The translations under genes were made by a program, and so were the position numbers. This document shows positions 54,569 to 64,000 of a stretch of 64,000 bases of DNA, piece after piece (position 1 is the stretch's first letter; the number at the start of each line of letters is the position of its first letter). This DNA is from Penicillus capitatus (taxonomy: Eukaryota > Plantae > Chlorophyta). The stretch is from positions 682,001 through 746,000 of the forward strand of contig OZ287706.1 in assembly GCA_965649825.1 (NCBI GenBank), in the 5' to 3' direction. The notes beneath the pieces are model-generated. The model did no database searches. It was given only the letters and a program-made list of their open reading frames with translations, and had not been told where the DNA came from.

Positions 54569-57500
54569 CTTCGCGTACGGTAACGACGGTGCGTGCGACG
54601 TCGCGGACGCAGATCCGGTCGACGTCGCGTCACGCGAACCAATCGTCGCCTTGGAACGGAGGCGCGGCTGGCAGGTGCATTGATGCGGAAGGCCGGAAAG
54701 AGCCTTACGCTCTGCGGACTGTGGCGGACTGCTCGCCTCCGGCGGCTTCGTTTAAAGTCGACGATTCAAAGTTGCCGAAGTGCGTTCAACCGAGGACCGA
54801 TCGATACTTGTAGGACGATTGCACGATCGAGGAGTCCCGATCCAATCGCACGCGATCGATCGAAGTCCGGCGGATCGAATCGCCCCTCGGCAATCGAACA
54901 GATCGGAATCGGAATCGTCGCAGTCGATGGACGCCGACTGACGCGAATCCCCTCCTGATTCGTTTTCCGTCGACGCCCGAGTGAAGCTCCCTTTTTGTTT
55001 GTGGGATTTCGATCGTCCACGCAGCAAAGACAGCGAGCACCTCGGTCAGCTCAATCTCGTTAAGAGCCCTTTGGTGCTGTCGAGAGCCGACGTCTCGTCA
55101 ACCTCTTGGTCACCGAGAGGTTGACGATCTAAACTTTCGACTTCCTCATCGAGGATGACTTGTTTGATCCCCGCGCGACAGTTCGCCTTCAGAACGCGTC
55201 TGACGGGTTCTTCGTTTGGTGTGGGATTCTCGAGAACCGAGATGCTTGCCATAACTGTCTGCATGCGCCAGGGTGGCGGGATTGTCGTACTCGACTTGTG
55301 CAGCCGTCATAACCCTTCTGGCCATTATTGCTCCTCGATTACGTGCAATAAAGGGCAGGATCGCCGACAGTCGAATCGTCGCCGACGTGCAATGCGGGGC
55401 AACTCGATTGACGAAGCTATTGAGGTAAGCATTCTCCGCTTGCTTTCGAGTACATCGTGTCACACATCACAAGCCCTGCCTCTTTCAGAAGCTTTTGGTA
55501 TCCGCGCGGCTTCCGTGGCTGACAGCAGCCCTATCCGTAAGTACTTGACAGTGAGAAACGTTCCTAAATCTCGTATACTTGGCACTGACGACAGCAGAAG
55601 AGTTACCTGTCGAACTCTCCAGACTCTGCTCGAACTCGCTGATCTACTCTTAAATGACGAACAACCCAGCGCAGGATCGAAAATGTCATTCCGCAGCTTG
55701 CAGAGTGAAAAATCTCGACGACGCTGAGCGTTGTCCTTTCTCCGATGCGTCCAAGCGATACCAGTCGGGTCGTCCCGATTCGAAGACTGTGCACCCAACA
55801 GGCGTCGCTGGAACGCGTTCGGGATCGAATTTGACTGCGACTTGTAGGCAGGAGAGTGAAGTCTATCCTCGCCAGCTCTCGAGACGCAGTCTTCGACGTG
55901 ACATTGTGCAATCGATAACGCTTCTTGGTCTTCATCTATTGGGATATTCGGGAATGTGCTGGACGCTCTTGCCCAGAAACACGAGTGACACTTCAAAGCG
56001 TCCGATAGCTGGCGTGAGGGTTTTGTGGAGAGGCGTGTCTCGGTTTACGCCAGTCGGCCTCTACGCACATGATGGCGAGGAGATAAGTTGTTGCCGAGAG
56101 ATGCGCCGCATCAGTTCAAGATGTCGTTGCAATGATCGAAAGAGCAGTTTGCTATGGCGATGCTAGCCAAACGGCAGTGGACTTCGAAAACCCATACTCA
56201 GTCTCAGTTCCTTCGACGGGGGACGTTGAGGCTTTCGGGTAACTCGCGTTCTTGTCGTCGAGAAAGACGGAACAAGACTTCCTCTGCCAGTCATTACGAA
56301 ACGCGAATGGGGCTGAATTGACAGAAGCAGACCAGGAGAGCATGATCTACTCAGATGATGCTTCGGAAGCGGATGAAAGGAACGCTCCTTGTAGTATCCG
56401 GAGGATCAATGCGTGGACTACGATATAGAAACCGCGCAAACACTCACGAATGGCTGCAGTAACACAGAAGTCTGGTAACGGTGGCGAGCTGACGCTGTGA
56501 TGGTCCCACCACGACGCCTCCTTGCTGCCTAAGACTACATTTTTCAGCCACTCTTCCGACATATGACAACATGGACAGCACGCTACACAGTCGGACGCGC
56601 AGAACAGCTTTGACTGCCGTTCGGCGGAGAGATCGAGCTCGATCTTCTGCACAAGCACGCGACTAATCGGGTCCGACGGCGATCTCGCATTAATACGCGT
56701 GCCTTGATCACGACTATCTGACTGCCGTTTGATCTCTAATCTTTTCACAATCGACATCTCGGAGGCCGGCGTCCTGGTACTATCTTCGGAGCGCGATAGA
56801 CGACGATCAGGAATCGACCCGTTCGATTTCCTCGATGGTCGCTGTATCGATGCCGCGATTGATCGACCAATCGAGTGGAACCCGCTTCAATCTTGCGAGT
56901 TTTTAACGTTAGTTGTCTCTGTTGATAATCACGTTCGTTGACACTTAAATCGGCCGCCATATCCGTTGCGTTTAGTAAAAATGACAGCCAGTCAGTTGAC
57001 ACTCAGCGGCTGACGACCCAGTGCTGTGCATATGTGACTTGTTTCAAAAGTCGGCACGGTCTCTTTGACAGCTAAGAGAAGCTTCTCGAAGGGTAAGTTC
57101 TTGTCATGCACAGCAGCAAAGGGGAATACTAACGTGTTGTTCCGTTCTAGGACGCGCTAGCGATGAATGATGCACATCAAGATGTGCTTTTGTTTAGGCT
57201 GCGTCGGCCAACACGAAAAATGTTCTGTTGGACATCTACGACGTCAGACTCATATTACAGACCATTGGCAAAAACCAGAAGACGTTTCTATTGATCTTTG
57301 CTTCCTATGCCTAACTGACCAGCTTTTTATCGAGATTCGAATGCGATTGACACCGATCGGCCTTCTTGATTTCGGGCGGCATTGGACAATCGGTTCGAAA
57401 ATCACGTGACAGTGATCGATCGATTTGATCCGCTTTTGATAACGACGCCTCTCGGTTTGATCTCGATTTGCACCGATTGATCGATCCGAGATTCGGAGAA

Positions 57501-57720
57501 GGATCAGTCTATGTTTTGGTGCTGAAGATTACATTTGTCGTGTTGCTCGTTATCGAGAATATGCGACACTTGTCGACAAAGAGTATCGCAATGAAGCTCG
57601 GAAGCGACATCGCTGTCGATCATAAATCTACACGATCCGTGACACCAAGACAAGCACTCTTTTTCTTCTTAATGGCCGGCGAACGGCGACCTAGAGCAAA
57701 ACACTATCCAAGTTATGTCT
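53122..57720. repeat. Right arm of inverted duplication IR-B
   Basis: Reverse-complement match to 31220-35740. Confidence 0.95.
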
Positions 57721-58435
57721 TGCCAAATTCTCGTCCTCCTCAAATCTCGCCAACGAGAAGCTGGCCAATAAGAACTCGATCGACTTTGGCTGTATCTTGT
57801 TCGAGTTCTGTGATGTGACTAGCGAATCTACAAAAGAAAGGTAGTAAGTGCGTAAGCGTCCCGGTAACACCTTCTCAACAAAGAGTTGCGCTGTTTCCTG
57901 TCTTTGTCGTTATATCGTAAACCCAAGTCGCCACAGGCTCTGGCAACCGAGGAAGAAGACAGATTCCTACCGTGTCCCGAGTATGTGGCCGAACGCCGCG
58001 TCATCGCCCTGTCACATCAAACCATTGTTTCAGACATCCCGATTTCGACACTCGCAGCCCATCATTCACTTTTCGCGTGACGGGGGACGACGTTTCCACT
58101 GCTGTCGCATCAAACTGTCGTTCAGCGCTTCCCATTTTGCATCTCTCAATCCGTCGCTTGCTTTTAGCGATTCAACGGTTGCTTTTCGAATGCTTTCGAA
58201 TTTTTGGAAAAACTCAAACGGGTTAAAGTGAAATTGACGACGGAAGTGCATTACACCTGTTGAAGTACGTACCGGAGACGCCACGCCCTTCTTCTTTAAT
58301 TTTACACGGTCGTCCGCGACGGAAAACTGCACTTCATTTCTTCGACCGTCGTACACTTCTCCTGTCGTTTCACAGTGTCGCCAACAAAGTCGCCTCCTTT
58401 TACGTTTCGTTTCTAAGGTCGCGACGCTGTTAGCC

Positions 58436-59617
58436 ATGCCTGAGGAGCAGCTGCGTCGTGCTGAGGTGTACGGAAGGTGGTGGCCTGGACCGCCACTAAA
58501 CTACAGAGAACTGAAGAAACTTGCATTGCAGCATGCAAGTGGCTTTCGCGACGATATCGACCAGAAGTTCTTCGCCCTGCTCCAAAACGAAATACAACGC
58601 ATCAATAAGTGCCCCTGACAAGTAACGGTTGAAAGCTGTCTAACAGTAGCGGCTTGTCGCAACGCAGAGCATTTCTGAGACTCGCTCACGCCGCACTGAG
58701 AGACGATGAACGTCGGCAGCCGTCGAAGGACCGAGAAACGCAGGAGACAAGCCGAGGAGCCGAGAGGCGGAGTTTCGCCAGTGAGCTGCCCGTGAAGTCA
58801 ACGCACCCCTGTCGGGCGCATATCTGCAACGAATACGCACAGGTTGTCGTTTCAAACATCTCACGGGTCACTCTCTTCTGATGCGCTGGCGTATTAGGTG
58901 AACGCTATGTGCATCCAGGAGATATTGGTGCGATACGACGAGATTTCGCGCACTTCTCGCGGATCGGACTTTATGGAGTCCTTGAGGCAAAACCACAGCG
59001 GCGATGTGTCTTTCCTCCATTCGCCAATGCGTGTCCGAATTGATGCGATGGAGACGATGGCAGCTATGTCCGCCTATCGAGGATCGCGCCAAGACGACGG
59101 CGACGGCGAGTCTCTGTTTCGTCCCCTCGCTCGTCTCTGCAACGCCGATCTGATGTGCCATGCCTGTCTCGTAAGCAACGTCTCCGTTTTACTCTTCGTC
59201 AAAAGCGTCTTGTAGAATGTTCTGCATCGTCCAGTGGCACTCAGCTGCGGACATGTCCTCTGTTTCCCGTGCCTGATAGAAGTCTGCGGCCCGACTTGTG
59301 CGTATGGTATCTTGAATGCATCCATGACCGATGTCGAATCTATTGCGCCCTGCTGCAAATGTCTCGAACGAGATGTTTACCGCAATGCCGCTTATGTACC
59401 CGAACTGGAGAACTTCGTGCGTCTTCGGTTCGTTGTTCGTCTTGCATCCACCTGTCACTGTCAACGTGTGTTCGCCTGTAGATACCCTGCGGAGTGGAAG
59501 GAACGCGATAAGGAAGCGAAAAAAGCGGAAGCTAAACGAAAGACGCTGTTACAGAGACAGCGCAGAAAGCTGGAGGAAGCTGGGGGCCTGATCTACCCCT
59601 TCCAGGTCCTCTGGTGA
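58436..59617 (+). CDS. SPX-RING E3 ligase (NLA/BAH1-like), divergent tandem copy 1
   Basis: LNYRELKK, FFALLQNEIQRINK, FLHSP, and RING CHAC..CGH..CFPC..CCKC. Four introns, at the same positions as in copy 2. Confidence 0.88.
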
Positions 59618-61013
59618 CCGCTGCTTTGCTGGCTGGCATCACGATAATCGACGCGCCTTTTGACTGAACGGGCAAACCACCATCTCGCCGATTTGGCAAA
59701 AGGCGGTGTCGTCTAAAAGATACTCTGTTCACTGAACGATCGTTATGCAAGACGGAAATCTTTTCGTTTCGCTAGGCATGACATTCAAGGCCATTTCGAT
59801 TACTCTTTTTGCATTATAGGTCGAAATTTAATCACAATATGTAGCACACGAAACGCTTCTGCTTCTGTGACGGAGCAATCTGCTAGAGCAATGAAATCGT
59901 CCTAGCTGCATAAATGCATGCGAATTGCATGTTTCCTCCTGTTAGCGCTCACTTTTATCTGAATGCTGACTCTCCATTATTAAACAAAGAGTGTTCCATT
60001 CCTCTATCAATAGAAATCACTCCTTCTCACTTTTGTCTTGTCATCAGAATCGGTTAGTAATTGAGGACATCGGGAGGCAGCTGTCGACGTAATCCGTCAA
60101 TGCTGCAAGCTTTGCGAAAACATGTCGATGTTTCTCGCATTGCAAGGATTGTATGTGAAGCGTATGTCGTCGGTGGCGGCGATCGGACGCTTTCAAGGTG
60201 TCGTTGTTGTGATCCATTTGTTTCTGCAAGATCTGGAATTTGCACAAATTCGACAAACCGCACGACTGACGACGTAATTTCGTCCATCGAGCCTGTCGAT
60301 CGAGAGCGGGCCGAAATGATCGCCGATGAGAAAGCTTCGACGTTCTATCGCGCTTTCAGAATCATCATTGCTAACGACGGTAACGTTCATGCAACGGCAG
60401 CATAGTATCGATACTTGAGATCAGTCAGTGGCCTCCTGCGTAAAACGATCCGCCCCCAAAAGCGACAGATCTGCGATCGGCTGCATTCAAACACATGCGA
60501 GCTATATGAGCACGCTGGATACTATACGTTTCTGCATTTCAATCGACGCTCGTTCGCGAGCGATTCCGATCGAATCGATCGGTTCGAAGCACATTGAGCG
60601 AAATAATCGGCACAGCTGGCGTTGCATTCAATGCACACCGGTGTATAGCCTCTCATACACATGTCACATCATCGTCTCGAAAAACATCACGACGTCGCGT
60701 CAGCCGAAGTTATGCTTCCGTCGGATCCTGCTGTCTTTTCGGTTCATTCCGTCTCTCTGCCCTTTCCTTACCGAATATTCTCGGAATTTTTCAGTATAAC
60801 AAGTGACGTTCCACACTAACGACAAAACGCACGACCGACAAACAGGTACGTCCAACGAGCGGTTCCGCGACCGACGCATGTCGAGCGCTATTATCTCTGT
60901 GAAATTTTCTCCGAAGGTTGTTTATCTTGGCGCTCGGCTGCGGCAAACAGTCGGGGTTCTTTCTGACGCACAGCAAGAGACCACCGACTGAGCATTTGAT
61001 GTCTTGCTTCAGA

Positions 61014-62179
61014 ATGCTGTTCGGAGAAAAGTTGCAAGCCGAAATTGGAAAGTACGGTCATGCATGGCCTGAACCGCCATTGAAGTATACAGAGCTCAAG
61101 GACCTGCTGTACGAGCAAAAACATGGCGAACAAGATGCCGACGCCTTCTTCGTGCTGCTGGAGACCGAGTTGCTACGTATCGACAGGTGAGCATGGCGCT
61201 ACGGTCGACAAGCCGCCACCGGTAGTGTATTGCCTTTAGGGCGTTTGTGAAGTTGGCGAATGCGGCGCTTCGCGACCATGGACGACGCAAATTTGCTACC
61301 GGCTTGCCAGCCACTGGATCGAGCGCAATCTTCTACAGACTGACTCGTTTCATCGGAGGCTTTGGCGCTAAGGAGTCAGACGTCTCTCCGCCTCGCATCT
61401 GTAACGAATACGCGAAGGCGAGTCAAAAGCGCTTTGCCAAACGCATTCGCGCGAAAGTGCTTCTATAGATCAATGTCTGCGCCATCCGCAAGATTTTGAA
61501 GAAGCATGACAAGGTGCGCCATGACACTCGCGGTACTGAATTCTGGAACTCGCTGTGGCGAGACCACAATGGAGACAAGTCTTTTCTGCATTCGCCCCTT
61601 CGAGTTCGGTTGGATGCAGCGGAGACGATGTCGACCATGTTCGCCGATCAGAATTCTTGTCAACACAACGAAGATTCAGGTTTCGAAGCGACCAGTCGAC
61701 TGTGCAAGACCGATCTCATGTGCCCGATCTGTCTGGTAAGTGCGACCGAAAAACGGATTCGCATTCACTGCCTCTGTATAGGATCTTTTGTATCAACCCA
61801 TTGCCCTCAGCTGTGGACATGTCTATTGCTTTCCCTGTCTGATGAAAGCCTGTGGACTTGGACGCTCTGTCGGTACCTTCCGAGCCCTGATGTCCAACAT
61901 CGATCCGAAGAAGCCATGTTGCAAATGTCGCCAATGCGATGTGTATCGACACGCGGCGTGTGTTCCGGAGCTTGAGGCTTTAATTCGCCGACTGTGAGCG
62001 CTCTCCTCGATTGTCTCCCCTCAATGAATGCTCTGGCCGTTGTTAGGTATCCAACAGAATATCACGAACGGGACGAGAGAGAAAGGGCGGTAATGACGCG
62101 GATGTATAACACACTGAGAGAACAAGATCGAACGAAGTTGAGCGTTATAGGAGTCCGTGTTCTGGATCTCCTCCAATGA
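61014..62179 (+). CDS. SPX-RING E3 ligase (NLA/BAH1-like), tandem copy 2
   Basis: MLFGEKL, LKYTELK, FFVLLETEL, INVCAIRKILKKHDK, FLHSP, and RING CPIC..CGH..CFPC..CCKCR. Confidence 0.92.
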
Positions 62180-63044
62180 TCCCCCCAATATTTCATCAAT
62201 ATTCCACGACGGGCTCTTCGTCTCTGACTGACAGGATGCAACAACTATGACATCGTTTTCATTCATAAGCTTAGTTTTGGAATTTGCTATCGCCGCAAGA
62301 GATGTTAACACAGTGAAGGTGATTTGACGGAGGGGGGCTCGACGTATATCAGCTCAGTCAGCCCGTTGTTTGTTGAGCAATTTTGGCAAGACCATGTCAC
62401 GCACAAGATCAACTGTTCATCAACTTTGTTTGCGAGAGGCTTTCCTCGTCGCTTCCTGGGAAAAGGATCTGCCAATTCTTAGGCTTTCCCCAATTTCCTC
62501 GATTGAAATGGTATCGTTGCTTTTTTTCGGTGCTTTCGATTTCGAATATCCATCATTCCTACCCATGCCAGAGTACGATAATCATTTGCGTTGTGGTCAG
62601 TACCAGAGAGAGGGTTTTGTATCTGAGAAACGTGAGACGTTGCAGAAAACGGTTCCCTTGGCGACAACGATCCGATATGGATGAACCGATTTGGTAACTT
62701 CTCAAGACATGTTTTCTGTGTGAGCAGGTATGTGACATAAGTATACTGACCATTCTGTCTTCATAAGTCTCTGCCTATGTAGCACATCTTCATAACAGTC
62801 ATATACTTGATGTAAAAAAAATCGACACTCGGTTAACGATCTCGCACGATCCAGACGTCAACGTCGTCGATCGTCTTCGGTTACGCGATGCTGACGCGGA
62901 AGGCCTCTTTCAATCCGCGGCTGTTTTGAATTCGGCAAGAAATCTTGTCTCTCTCTCTCTGGTTTTTTGCTGTCCACGTTCCGCGTTTTTTGTAGAATCT
63001 AGCGGAAGAATTTTCGACAAGCACCGTCTTAGGGTTTCAGAACA

Positions 63045-64000
63045 ATGGCGCGTCGTTCGGCGAAGTTTTCGGGGAGTACTCTCGTCACTGTGTGGATGTT
63101 GGCTTATTTCAATGCCGTTTGTCTTGCGAGCAAAGGTCGTAGGCTCGACGTTCTCTTCGCTGCACTCCTAACGGTGTGTATTCCTGTAGAATTGAACACA
63201 TCTACAGAGAGCGGAAATTCGACGGCAGAGACGAATGCATCCGGACTGGCTCCTGAATTTCTTCGCCCTTTCGCTACGCCAGAGGCTTCTGAAGCGCCAT
63301 GTAGCGGAGAGAACTGTCGCAAAGTACGTCGAACGGGATAAGACATCGACGGGCGGCACGCTGCGATGGATGGCTTGTCGATGCCTTCATCGCAGGCGAC
63401 GTCAACAGGAGCAGACTTGATGCGCTTTTTTGCGCAGGGCAAAGGCAAAGGCCGCGTCGTACCAGCGACAAAGCATGATGATGACACGTCGTCGACGGGA
63501 CTTTCAGAATACCCGTTGGCTACGCCGTCGAGAGATGCCGAAGGCCCGACAGAAGAATGTTTCCTCAGTCTTTATCCGTATCTGAAACGCCTCCAACACT
63601 TGAAGAAAAAGGCTTTAGCCCACGTGCGTTTCAAACCCTGAAAAAATGAGTGCGTCATGTGTGAGATGTAGGAGATGGTTCAATCCATGAAAGAGAAGAA
63701 CATTGTCAAAGCCATTCTGCTTCCCCTCTACGGTTTGGGCGTGAATGCAGCACACAATGACGGGGACATCGAAGAGGATCCCATGGGCTTAAACTCAACC
63801 TTACTGCATTGGACAGCTTATCACGATGCCATTGAACATACAGAGGTGAGACATCGATCGATCACTGACAGCAGGAGATCGATGGCAGTGTGGACGCAGA
63901 TGTTGATTCTGAAGGGGGCGGATGTGAATTCAGAGAACAGTAGGTTGTTTTCCCCTCTTCATGTCGCAGCGTGGTATGGACGCACCGCTATCGCAGAGGT
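63045..64000 (+). CDS. Ankyrin-repeat protein with a hydrophobic N-terminal segment; continues beyond the window
   Basis: TLLHWTAYHDAIEHTE|MLILKGADVNSENSRLFSPLHVAAWYGRTAIAE. Upstream exons are inferred. Confidence 0.8.

Noticed and set aside
54980-55120. LWDFD..LNLVK..LS.AD resembling Tsr3
   Set aside because: Lacks the HCDPKRCSG and VAANPVNYG signatures, and the frame stops soon after.
31220-57720. Inverted repeats as simple assembly duplicates
   Set aside because: The arms have distinct divergent patches, indels and different in-frame C-termini, which is unlike a collapsed duplicate. Mis-joined haplotypes are not formally excluded without reads.

Overview
Gene-dense eukaryotic nuclear DNA with many short (about 45-60 nt) spliceosomal introns and the standard genetic code. 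It is most consistent with a compact-genome, flagellum-encoding chlorophyte green alga: plastid-targeted L35 and RimP, plant-type CPL phosphatase and SPX-RING genes, H87/L90 histone H3, and CFAP52. The species cannot be named from sequence alone. About 25 protein genes are recognisable: organellar LysRS x2, RidA, RWDD4, a Ser-to-Glu trypsin pseudoprotease, RimP plus a pseudogene, an Ala-rich secreted protein, L35, H3.3, CPL1/2-like, HAUS6 x2, presenilin, CFAP52, mL60-like, a Ni/Co-transporter-like gene, RAD50, a GCR1_C-domain gene, LETM1-like, SPX-RING x2 and an ankyrin protein. The most striking structure is two large inverted duplications. IR-A has arms at about 9-2900 and 10610-13041 and carries LysRS. 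IR-B has arms at about 31220-35740 and 53122-57720 and carries HAUS6. In both, the arms are patchworks of near-identical 5' tracts and diverged 3' coding parts, which suggests arm-to-arm gene conversion and possibly spacer inversion that would swap gene 3' ends. No tRNA, rRNA, CRISPR array or intact transposon was seen. Exon structures, identities and family calls were made by eye and from memory of the families, without alignment or database tools.
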